Shown here: positions 9,299 to 17,942 of the stretch, in pieces
How positions within the stretch are numbered: the first letter of the stretch is position 1
Layout of the letters: each line of letters starts with the position of its first letter
NCBI GenBank assembly: GCA_965205655.1
Contig: CBDBIJ010000104.1
Span: 1 to 39,967 of the forward strand
DNA length: 39,967 nt
DNA from: Candidatus Latescibacterota bacterium
GTDB taxonomy: Bacteria > Latescibacterota > UBA2968 > UBA8231
Reading direction: 5' to 3'
Made by a program: the position numbers and the translations under genes
The notes under the pieces: generated by a model
Seen by the model: only the letters and a program-made list of their open reading frames with translations
Databases searched by the model: none
Told to the model about the DNA's origin: nothing

Positions 9299-10063
9299 TC
9301 ATGTTTCGATCTCTTTGAAAGCCAGGATGAGCAGGAAGCCGGCCCTGCCGATGAGACGATTGCAGAGCCAGTCGAATCCGCGCCAGCACCAGTAGGGCAG
9401 ACGATGTGTTCTTCGGGAAAAGCCGATCAGCTCAAGGAGCTTGTTCGTCAGCAAGACTGTCCGGCGCACCGACAAGCCGCGCTCTCCGACTTGAGCTGCC
9501 AGGTCCCTTGCGTCGAAGCTGTGGAGGTGTGCGTTGGCGGGCGTCAGGCGATTGCAGTGGATGCACAGATGCTGAATGATCCTCTCCTCGTTCGGCACCG
9601 TGAGCAGGAGCCGTCCCCCAGGCCGTAGGAGCCTGTTGGCCTCGTCGAGAGCCGCTGGGACGTCTTCGAGGTGCTCGAGCACCTCCGAGAGAACGATGAC
9701 GTCGAGCTCACTCGATCGCAGACCGACCGCGTAGGCATCGCACGCCAGAAAGGAGCCGGCCTCGGGATAGCGGTTCTTTGCCGCTGCAACTCCCTGGGGC
9801 GCCACATCGCATGCTATCACGCTGGCGCCCGCTGCGCCGCAGGCGGCAGCCAGCCAACCCGAGCCACAGCCGAGGTCCAGGAGCCGTTCCCCCGGTCGCA
9901 GACCGAGGTGGCGCACGATGCCCTCGAGGCGCCGGCTTTCCGATGCGTGCCGTTCCGGAGACAGGGCGGAGGGATCGACGATGAGATCGGCATCGGCCCG
10001 ATAGTGGGTCGTGTAGTCCCTCATCCGCGTCTCCTCGTCCACGACGTCTTCGATTCCGTACAA
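9299..10063 (-). CDS. Class I SAM-dependent methyltransferase
   Basis: LLDLGCGSG motif I, DVIVLSEVLEHLED, RLLRPGGRLLLTVPN. TTG start is uncertain. Confidence 0.88.
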   Translation of the reverse strand: MYGIEDVVDEETRMRDYTTHYRADADLIVDPSALSPERHASESRRLEGIVRHLGLRPGERLLDLGCGSGWLAAACGAAGASVIACDVAPQGVAAAKNRYPEAGSFLACDAYAVGLRSSELDVIVLSEVLEHLEDVPAALDEANRLLRPGGRLLLTVPNEERIIQHLCIHCNRLTPANAHLHSFDARDLAAQVGERGLSVRRTVLLTNKLLELIGFSRRTHRLPYWCWRGFDWLCNRLIGRAGFLLILAFKEIET

Positions 10064-10128
10064 AAAAGCATCCTGTCTGCAGGATCACACTCAGACAGGA
10101 TTCTCAACTGGCTCGAGGTCGCTGGCGA

Positions 10129-10443
10129 TCAGCTCTCAGGCGCCTCGGCTGCTTCAAGCACTTGCTGGCGTTCGTCGAGTGCGGGGCCTGTTCCTTCCGC
10201 CGGCGCCTTCACCGTGTTCTCCAGGTACTGCACCACACCCTTCAGGTGCGTCAGCTTGGTCTGGGTCGCCTCTTCCTTCAGTTTCAGGTTCTGGAGATCG
10301 TCCTCGGCCTCCGCCAGCTTGGCCCGAAGCTCTTCAATTTTCGGTTGTATCACCTCCACCTTCGCCTTCAGGTCTTTCAGGCGAAGCGCAGTGATCAACT
10401 TGGTGCCCACGACTGCTATGACGGCAAAAATTGTCCAGATCAT
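10129..10443 (-). CDS. Small membrane-anchored coiled-coil protein
   Basis: N-terminal hydrophobic helix followed by a heptad-rich K/E/L segment. Confidence 0.7.
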   Translation of the reverse strand: MIWTIFAVIAVVGTKLITALRLKDLKAKVEVIQPKIEELRAKLAEAEDDLQNLKLKEEATQTKLTHLKGVVQYLENTVKAPAEGTGPALDERQQVLEAAEAPES

Positions 10444-10716
10444 TCGGTTTCTCGACTACGGCTTGGCCCGGGCCGCTGTGGGTCGGGCAAATCACCGAAA
10501 AGGTAGAAAGCTGTCATTCCTATGTCAATTGCCACGAATCGGTTACGTCAGTTTTGAGGACCGTCGAAGCGGACGCCGTTCCGACCCGACAACTGCCTCG
10601 CTGGAGATGCACCGACCGCTTTAAGCGTCTTGTCGCGGTTGCTGCCGAGGTGAAGCGAGGACGTGGAGAGTTTTGCTTGCCCTCGGTGCATCTTAGCCTG
10701 TCAGTTCTCGCCTTTC

Positions 10717-10732
10717 CCTGTCAATTGACAGG
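10717..10732. promoter_or_regulatory. Perfect 16-bp palindrome CCTGTCAATTGACAGG, candidate operator carrying TTGACA on both strands
   Basis: Lies in a divergent intergenic region immediately before an AT-rich stretch (about 10740-10800). Confidence 0.45.
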
Positions 10733-10847
10733 ATGGTCATTAATGTAACATATTGATATTTAATCAGTTGAGATGTTTTAGTATCACTTGGTATAAACAT
10801 GGCACGCCCATTGCTAAACCAGCTGTAGCTCTGAGTGGTACCCGCCT

Positions 10848-10911
10848 AGGGCGCTCGTTTCGGATCTGATTCCCGCCAGGGATAATGGCTGAAACGGGCG
10901 TCCTTTTTTTT
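10848..10911 (+). terminator. Rho-independent terminator, possibly part of an attenuator
   Basis: AGGGCGCTCGTTTCGG (10848-10863) pairs with CTGAAACGGGCGTCCT (10889-10904) using three G-U pairs that only work on the + strand, followed by T8 (10904-10911). Confidence 0.75.
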
Positions 10912-10944
10912 AGCGCTTTTTTATCTATTGTATGCGGGTGAACC

Positions 10945-12371
10945 GGCATGGTCCCGATTTTAGTTGAAACAGCACAGGCTCCCCATCGTTACCTTCTTAC
11001 GAGAAATCCTGGAAAGAATCTCGTGTGGGTAACAAGAAAGGAGCCTGCAATGGGCAAGCTATCAGCACGAAAGAAGCGCCTCAAACGCACGGTTGAAATC
11101 GGCACCGTGGATCCAGCGGCAGGAGCTGTGGCAGAGGATCTGGATGCTAGAATCGAGGCGATCCAGCTGCTGGTCCCTCTCGGACTGGAGGCGGTGGCCG
11201 AAGAGCTGCAGAGGGCGGTCATGGAATTGGCCGGGCGCCGGTATCAACGCAAGGAGTCAGATCAGCCGTACCGTCGCTGGGGCTCTCAGCGGGGATCGGT
11301 ATATCCGGGTGATCAGAAGGTACCCGTAGAGGTGCCCCGGGTACGCAACGTCGACAGCGACACGGAGGTCGCGCTGGACGCCTACCAGGCCCTGCAGACG
11401 CCCCGGAAAATGGACGAAGGACTGCTGCAGAAGGTGTTGAAGGGTATCGCCACTCGCAACTACGAGGACTGCGCCGAGACCGTACCGGAGACGTTCGGCC
11501 TGTCACGCTCGTCGGTCTCCCGTCGCTACGTGAAGGGCACGGCTCGCAAGCTGGCCGAATTCCAGGAGCGCTCCCTGGAAGGCTACGACCTGGTGGCGCT
11601 GTTTCTCGACGGCAAGAGCTTCGCGGACGAAGAGCTCATCATCGCTCTGGGCGTCACCCTTGACGGGCACAAGATCCCGCTGGGTTTCGTGGAGGCCGCC
11701 ACCGAGAACGAGCGCGTCTGTCGCCGCTTCCTGGCCGACTTGGTCGACAGGGGCCTGCAATACGAGGCCGGGTTGCTGGTGTTGATCGACGGCGCCAAGG
11801 GCCTCTACAAGGCGGTAATGTCGGTGCTGAAGGGCCATGCCTGTGTGCAGCGCTGCCAGTATCACAAGCGCAAGAACGTCGTGTCGTACCTGCCGAAAAG
11901 TGAACAGGCCCGAGTCCGTCGCAAGATTGAGGCGGCCTACAATAAGCCCACCTACGAAGAGGCGAAGGCGACCCTGAAAGCGCTCAAGCCCGGTCTGAAA
12001 CTGATGAACCAATCTGCTCTGAAGAGCCTCGAGGAAGGCCTGGAAGAAACCCTGACGCTCCATCGCCTGGGACTGATGCCGATGCTCAAGGATTCCTTCC
12101 GCACCACCAACTGCATCGAGAACGTCAACAGCCTCCTGGGCCAGCTCACGCGCAACGTGCGGCACTGGACGAACTCCTCGCAGCGTCACCGCTGGGCAGC
12201 CACGGCGCTGCTCGACATCGAGGACCGACTGCGCAGAGTCAAGGGCTACCACCACCTGTCAACGCTCCGTCAAGCTCTTCAAACCGAGCTCGGCATCAAA
12301 CAGCTCGCGATGACGGGCTGAGAACATCACCCGAGCCTGTGCTCTGTTTCAACTGAAAATGGGACTTGACC
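10945..12371 (+). mobile_element. Complete IS256-family insertion sequence with 8-bp target-site duplication GGTGAACC
   Basis: IRL GGCATGGTCCCGATTTTAGTTGAAACAGCACAGGCTC matches the reverse complement of IRR (GGTCAAGTCCCATTTTCAGTTGAAACAGAGCACAGGCTC). GGTGAACC occurs at 10937-10944 and 12372-12379. Confidence 0.95.
11050..12321 (+). CDS. IS256-family (Mutator-type) DDE transposase
   Basis: VPRVR, LSRSSVSR, LFLDGK, IDGAKGL, QRCQYHK and RTTNCIE motifs; AAGGAG RBS before the ATG at 11050. Confidence 0.93.
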   Translation: MGKLSARKKRLKRTVEIGTVDPAAGAVAEDLDARIEAIQLLVPLGLEAVAEELQRAVMELAGRRYQRKESDQPYRRWGSQRGSVYPGDQKVPVEVPRVRNVDSDTEVALDAYQALQTPRKMDEGLLQKVLKGIATRNYEDCAETVPETFGLSRSSVSRRYVKGTARKLAEFQERSLEGYDLVALFLDGKSFADEELIIALGVTLDGHKIPLGFVEAATENERVCRRFLADLVDRGLQYEAGLLVLIDGAKGLYKAVMSVLKGHACVQRCQYHKRKNVVSYLPKSEQARVRRKIEAAYNKPTYEEAKATLKALKPGLKLMNQSALKSLEEGLEETLTLHRLGLMPMLKDSFRTTNCIENVNSLLGQLTRNVRHWTNSSQRHRWAATALLDIEDRLRRVKGYHHLSTLRQALQTELGIKQLAMTG

Positions 12372-12372
12372 G

Positions 12373-13305
12373 GTGAACCGATTCCAGAGGATCGCTTTAA
12401 CAACCATCGCCGCGACCTACCTCCTTATCGGGCTGGGCGGCTTCGTCCGCGCTGCTGGTGCTGGCCTGGGCTGTCCCGATTGGCCCAGGTGCTTCGAGCG
12501 TTGGATCCCGCCGACGGATGTCAGTCAGCTCCCCAACCATATCGATCCCTCTGCCTTTGACTTCGAGCTCGCCTGGATCGAATACGTCAATCGGCTCGTG
12601 GGTGTCGTGGTCGGTTTCCTCATTCTGGCTACAGCCGGGATCGCTTGGCGGGATCACCGGCACACGAGTTCGGTGCTCACTCCCTGTCTTCTGGCCGTTG
12701 CCCTCGTCGCCTTTCAGGGATGGTTCGGGGGCCAGGTCGTCGCCTACGAGCTGGACCCCCGCCTTGTCACCGTCCACCTCATCGTCGCCCTCGCCATCGT
12801 CACCGCCCTCATCTATGCCGCCGCCGCCATCAGTGGGGCAACGAGCGGACCCTCCGTCCCATGCGCATCGACCGCCTCGACGCGACTGCGACATCTTGCC
12901 GCTGCAACCCTCGTCTTGACCGTGGCCCAGATACTGCTCGGCGCCCTCGTTCGCGGCAGTATCGACGTTATCGGCGCGGCCATACCCGATCTGGAACGTC
13001 AGCACCTCCTGCCGCAGGTCGGCTGGCTCGACGATTTGCACCGCACAGCCGGGCTGCTCATGCTGGTTGCTTGCTGCACCTTGTCCGCAACCGCCTGGCG
13101 CGCCGCGCCGGCTGGCTCGGCCCTTGCCCGCTTCTGCCCGCTGCCCGCTGCCTTCGCAATAACCCAGTTTGCCGCCGGGCTCGGCCTGGCCTACCTGTCG
13201 CTTCCTCCTTCACTGCAGGTTGTTCATATCCTGGTGGCCAGCCTTCTGTTCGGCAGCGTTTTTCTGACCCTGTTGCTGACGAGACGGTCGGACTCGGCTA
13301 CCTGA
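12373..13305 (+). CDS. ctaA: Heme A synthase (COX15/CtaA family)
   Basis: GGFVRAAGAGLGCPDWPRC, WIEYVNRL, FQGWFG, VTVHL, LHR and QVVHIL with about 8 TM helices. The EYxHR motif reads EYVNR here. Confidence 0.85.
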   Translation: MNRFQRIALTTIAATYLLIGLGGFVRAAGAGLGCPDWPRCFERWIPPTDVSQLPNHIDPSAFDFELAWIEYVNRLVGVVVGFLILATAGIAWRDHRHTSSVLTPCLLAVALVAFQGWFGGQVVAYELDPRLVTVHLIVALAIVTALIYAAAAISGATSGPSVPCASTASTRLRHLAAATLVLTVAQILLGALVRGSIDVIGAAIPDLERQHLLPQVGWLDDLHRTAGLLMLVACCTLSATAWRAAPAGSALARFCPLPAAFAITQFAAGLGLAYLSLPPSLQVVHILVASLLFGSVFLTLLLTRRSDSAT

Positions 13306-13401
13306 TGGTTCAAGCTGGACCTTTTACTTCGTTTGGGCCATTTCGTATTATCGATGTAACTTGTTTCGCAGTCTGAACCTGCAACCACTGTGTCAGTCGT
13401 C

Positions 13402-15087
13402 ATGACGGTTTCACCGGGGCAGAACGGCCATCTCGTCGAGCAGTGGCGCGACCAGCCGGCGCCCTTGCTGCCTCTTCTTCACGCCTACCACGACCGGGAC
13501 CGGTACCTTTCTGATGCCGCCATAGAGGAGGTGTCGAAAGGTCTTCGAATCCCTGTCGCCGAGCTCTTCGGTACCGTCACCTTCTATCACCACTTCTCCC
13601 GCAGAGCGGGAGGACGGGAAGCGCCGAGGGTTTGCAGCGGCCCGGTCTGCTGCCTCAAAGGTGCCAATGAGCTGATCGATTCACTTGGCGAAGAGGGGGC
13701 CTCCGACATGCCCTGTTCCGGCCGATGCGACGAGCCGATTCCCGTCCTCAGGGGTGACGAATTGCTCGTCGGTTGCAGCGATGGCGAGCTCTCCAATCGA
13801 CCTTCTCCGCTGCCCCCTGAGAATCCGGGAGGTTCCGAAGAGTGCGTCTTTGCAAGCATACGGGAGCCTGGTCGCGCCGGCATTGTGGGGTATCGCTCCA
13901 CTGGCGGATACGAAGCGCTCGAGCGAGCTGTAAGCGAGTTGAGTTCCGAGCAGCTGATCGACATTGTCGCACAGAGCCGACTCGCCGGTCGGGGCGGCGC
14001 CGGCTTCCCCACCGGACAGAAGTGGCGCGCCGTCGCCGAAGCCCCCGGTGAACCGAAGACGATCGTCTGCAACGCCGACGAGGGCGAGCCGGGGTGCTTC
14101 AAGGATCGCGCCATCCTCGACTACGATCCACATGCGGTCATCGAAAGTATGGTGCTAGCGGGATACGCCACCGGCGCTTCGCGAGGTTTCATCTACCTGC
14201 GCTACGAGTATCCAGAGACGATGCACATCCTCGAGCGCGCGATCGCCGAAGCTGAAGACGCCCGCTTGCTCGGCGAGGGCATTCTCGGAGCCGACTTCGA
14301 CTTCCGGCTCCTCGTGCGGCGTGGAGCCGGCGCCTACATATGCGGAGAAGAGGGATCCTTGCTGAACAGCCTCGAGGGCAAGCACCCTTTCCCGCGCAAC
14401 CGGCCGCCCTTTCCGGTAACGCACGGTTACGACAATCTTCCAACGGCCGTCAACAACGTCGAGACACTCGTGTCGGTGCCCCCCATAATACGCCGCGGGG
14501 CGGAATGGTATCAGTCATTGGGAATGGGCGACAACGCCGGCACCAAGGTCATCAGTCTGTCGGGCGACATCAGTCGACCCGGCAACTACGAGGTACCTCT
14601 CGGCCTGCCGCTGCAGACGCTTCTCAGTGAATGGGCCGGCGGGCCACTGCCGGGCCGCGCCTTTCAGGCGGTCACCATGGCTGGGTTGTCGGGTGGCTTC
14701 CTGGCCGGTGACGATCTGGACGTCACCCTCGACGAGCCCGGCATTCGCGGCGCCGGCTCCTTCCTCGGCGCGGGGGGCGTCATCGTCTTCGACGACAGCC
14801 GCGACATCGTCGAAATGGCGCACAACGCCATGGAGTTCTTCGCCGATGAATCCTGTGGCAAATGTTTTCCCTGCCGCATTGGCACCCGCAGACTCACAGA
14901 GCGACTCGCCGGCGCGGCCGGGCCGACGAAACCGGCGTCGTGGATCCGCGAGGTCGCTGATATCGGCGAGGCCATGATGGCCACCAGCGCCTGCGGACTG
15001 GGTACCGCCGCGCCGAACATCACACAGAGCTTGATCAAATACTTTCCCGAAGAGGTCGAAGAGCACGTTCGCTCTCAAAAAGGATGA
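13402..15087 (+). CDS. Fused NuoE/NuoF-like diaphorase subunit (FdsG+FdsB-like) of an NAD-dependent formate dehydrogenase
   Basis: [2Fe-2S] ligands CSGPVC and CSGRC, GRGGAGFPTGQKW, CNADEGEPG, GAGAYICGEE, [4Fe-4S] motif ESCGKCFPCRIG..SACGLG. Start is ATG 13402 or GTG 13390. Confidence 0.88.
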   Translation: MTVSPGQNGHLVEQWRDQPAPLLPLLHAYHDRDRYLSDAAIEEVSKGLRIPVAELFGTVTFYHHFSRRAGGREAPRVCSGPVCCLKGANELIDSLGEEGASDMPCSGRCDEPIPVLRGDELLVGCSDGELSNRPSPLPPENPGGSEECVFASIREPGRAGIVGYRSTGGYEALERAVSELSSEQLIDIVAQSRLAGRGGAGFPTGQKWRAVAEAPGEPKTIVCNADEGEPGCFKDRAILDYDPHAVIESMVLAGYATGASRGFIYLRYEYPETMHILERAIAEAEDARLLGEGILGADFDFRLLVRRGAGAYICGEEGSLLNSLEGKHPFPRNRPPFPVTHGYDNLPTAVNNVETLVSVPPIIRRGAEWYQSLGMGDNAGTKVISLSGDISRPGNYEVPLGLPLQTLLSEWAGGPLPGRAFQAVTMAGLSGGFLAGDDLDVTLDEPGIRGAGSFLGAGGVIVFDDSRDIVEMAHNAMEFFADESCGKCFPCRIGTRRLTERLAGAAGPTKPASWIREVADIGEAMMATSACGLGTAAPNITQSLIKYFPEEVEEHVRSQKG

Positions 15088-17867
15088 GTGGCATGAGCAC
15101 GACGACGACAGAGCCGCTCGTGGGTGGCAATGGCGGTGTGCAGCAGCTGATCGATGACGATCCCGCCAGAGTTCACACCATGACCCTCGACGGAGAAGAC
15201 GTCTCTTTCGGCAACGGCGAGACCATTTACGAGGTGGCGGAGCGCTATCGCAAGCAGATTCCCACCCTCTGTTACGACCCCAGACTCGAGCCCTTCGGCG
15301 GCTGCCGCATGTGCGTCGTCGAGGTGGATGGCCAGCGCAACCCCGTGGCCTCGTGCACTACGAAAGCGACGCCTGGCATGGTGGTGCACACCGCCAGCGA
15401 TCGCGTCGAGAAACAGCGCAAGACCCTGCTGGAGATGGTGGTATCCGAAAACCGGCAGGTGGACGTAGACCCCCTCACCGGCTATGCCTCGCAGGAGTTG
15501 AGGGAGCTCGTCGACCGTTACGGTGCGCGCAGCGGCCGCTTCGACGGCGCCCGATCCGGGACCAGCAAGGAGGACGATAACCCCTTCCTGCTGCGAGACT
15601 ACGAGCAGTGCATCTCCTGCTATCGCTGCGTGCGCGTCTGTGCCGAGCAGGAGGGGGATCACGCCATAAACGTCATGAGCCGCGGCTTCGACACACAGAT
15701 CACCACCGAATTCGACGGCATCCTCAAGGATTCCTCCTGCACCTTTTGCGGCCAGTGCATCCAGACCTGCCCCACCGGCGCCCTCGGTGACAAGAAGGCG
15801 TTGCGGAACGCCGACCTTCCTGGCGAAATCGAAAAGACCCGCTCGATCTGCCCCTACTGTGGTGTCGGCTGCTCCGTCGACCTGCTCACCAAGGGGGATG
15901 ATCTCGTGGGCATCCATCCGGCGATGGACGGCCCGGCGAACAAAGGAGCGCTGTGTATCAAGGGGCAGTTCGCCTTCGACTTCGTCCAGCACTCCGACCG
16001 TCTCGCCACGCCGCTCGTGCGCGGCGAAGATGGCGACCTCCATGAAGCCACCTGGGACGAGGCGCTCGAACGGGCTGCTGCCGGATTCCGTCGCGCCCTC
16101 GAGGAACACGGCTCTCACGCCGTCTACGGCATCGCCTCGGGCCGCGCTCCCACGGAGGCGGCCTATACCATGCAAAAGTTCATTCGCGCGGGGTTCGGCA
16201 CGAACCAGATCGACAACTGTAGCCGTGCCTGACACGCTCCAACGGTTGCCGGTCTGGCAGCCACGATAGGTCGAGGCGCCATGTCGAACCCGCTGGTCGA
16301 CATGGCCAAGCCCGACACGATTTTCTGCATCGGCACGAACATGACGGAGTGCCATCCGGTGGCGGCCACCGGCATTAAGAAAGCCGTCGCCCGTGGCTCC
16401 AGGCTCATCGTCGCAGATCCAAGGCGCATCCCGCTGGCGGACATGGCCCATCTCTACCTGCCGCTCAGAGTGGGATCTGACGTCGCGCTCCTCCTCGGTA
16501 TGGCCCACGTCATCGCGCGGGAAGGCCTCGCGGATCGCGAGTTCATCGATCGGCGCACGAGCGGCTCTGCCAAATTCCTCGAACACCTGCAGCAGTTCAC
16601 GCCCGCGTGGGCCGAGGGCATCACCGGCGTTCCGGCCGCCGACATCGAGACCGCCGCCACCTGGTACGGCGAGGTCGACAGGGCGGCCATCTACTACACC
16701 CTCGGCATCACCGAGCACATCTGCGGCGTCGACAACGTCCAGTCGCTGTGCAACCTCGCTCTGATGACCGGCCACATCGGCCGAGAGGGCACCGGCATCA
16801 ATCCGATGCGGGGGCAGAACAACATCCAGGGCGCCGGCGACAGCGGCGCCCTGCCGAACAACTACGCCGGTTTCCAAGCGGTTAACGAACCGCAGTTCAA
16901 CGAAAAATTCGAGAAGCTCTACGGCAGGCCGATCGATCCCGAGAAGGGCATCACGAAGGTGACAGCTCTCGACCGTTGCGGCGACGAGATTAGGGCCATG
17001 ATCATCGACGGTGAGAACACGCTCATCTCAGATCCCGATCGCAAGCACTGCGAACACGCCCTGACGAGTCTCGACCATCTCGTCGTCATCGACATTTTCC
17101 TCACCGAGACCGCTGAGCTCGCCGACGTCGTGCTTCCCGCCACGTCATGGGGGGAAACGGACGGGGTCTGCACGAACACCGAGCGGCGCGTTCAGCGCCT
17201 GCGCGCCGCCGTGCCGCCACCGGGCGAAGCGCGGCCCGACTGGTGGATCGTCAGCCAGATCGCCCGGCGGCTCGGCTTCGAAGGGTTCGACTACGAATCG
17301 CCGGAGGAGGTCTTCGACGAGCTGTGCGACGTGTCACCCATATACGCGGGACTCGACTGGGATCGCATCGACCAGGGTGAATATCAGTGGCCGGTGCCCG
17401 ACAAGAGCCATCCGGGCACGCCTGTCCTGCACGAGGGGGAATTCAAGAACGGACGTGGCATCTTCACCGTCGTCAGCTACCGCGACCCCGCCGAAACGAT
17501 AAGCGACGATTTCCCTGTGTGGCTGACCACCGGTCGGCGACTGCAGTCATACCACACCCGCACGCAGACCGGTCGCTCGTCCGGCATCGACTACCTGTTG
17601 TCCGAGGAGTCCCTCGAGGTCCATCCCGAGGATGTGGCCGGCTGGGGATTGCGGGACGGCAGCTGGTGCGAACTCTCCAGCGCCAGAGGGTCCGTGCGCA
17701 TCAAGGTGAAGGCGACGTCTCGTTCACCGCGGGGCACAGTCTTCGCTAGCTTCAGCTTCGCCGATGTCCCCGTCAACATACTTACGGGATCCGGCTACGA
17801 TCCCGTCACCCACACGGCAGAGCTGAAGGTCTGCCCCGTGCGGGTAGAGCCGGCAGACGAAAAATAA
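15084..17867 (+). CDS. fdhF: Formate dehydrogenase alpha subunit (Mo/W-bisPGD), selenocysteine-containing (TGA at 16230-16232)
   Basis: ORFs 15084-16232 and 16281-17867 share a frame and read DNCSRA-U-HAPTVAGL; also CPYCGVGC, PMRGQNNIQG, TNTERRVQR and TAELKVCPV. Confidence 0.93.
16230..16262 (+). promoter_or_regulatory. Bacterial SECIS element
   Basis: UGA, 11 nt, then stem GGUUGCC / loop GGUCU / GGCAGCC, closely resembling the E. coli fdhF SECIS (GGUUGCAGGUCUGCACC). Confidence 0.9.
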
Positions 17868-17942
17868 AATAGCGGCAGGCCGCACCATCGTGCGACCTGC
17901 CGCGCTATTTGTTCAGCTTGGTTTTCCAGTTGCCGGCCAGAG

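Noticed and set aside
9555..9570. Heme c motif in the methyltransferase (CIHC)
   Set aside because: Followed by Asn rather than His, and the protein has no signal peptide
10484..10520. c-di-GMP-I riboswitch-like GGCAAA..GAAA segment
   Set aside because: Lacks the following GACGCAAAG/P3 elements and is on the opposite strand to the adjacent gene
10597..10660. T-box Stem I candidate (CCTCGCT/AGCGAGG stem containing GGAGA and GGTGAA)
   Set aside because: The two motifs are too far apart, no specifier loop is recognisable, and a promoter-like AT-rich tract separates it from the antiterminator-like element
10948..11049. Longer IS256 transposase starting at ATG 10948
   Set aside because: That ATG lies inside the left inverted repeat; ATG 11050 has an AAGGAG RBS
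13402..15087. Respiratory complex I nuoEF
   Set aside because: No other nuo genes are present and the gene is coupled to an FDH alpha subunit
15075..16877. 600-aa antisense ORF (likewise 30455-31930, 9671-10624, 34015-35286 and many shorter ones)
   Set aside because: Shadow ORFs of well-supported genes, expected in GC-rich DNA, with no recognisable motifs
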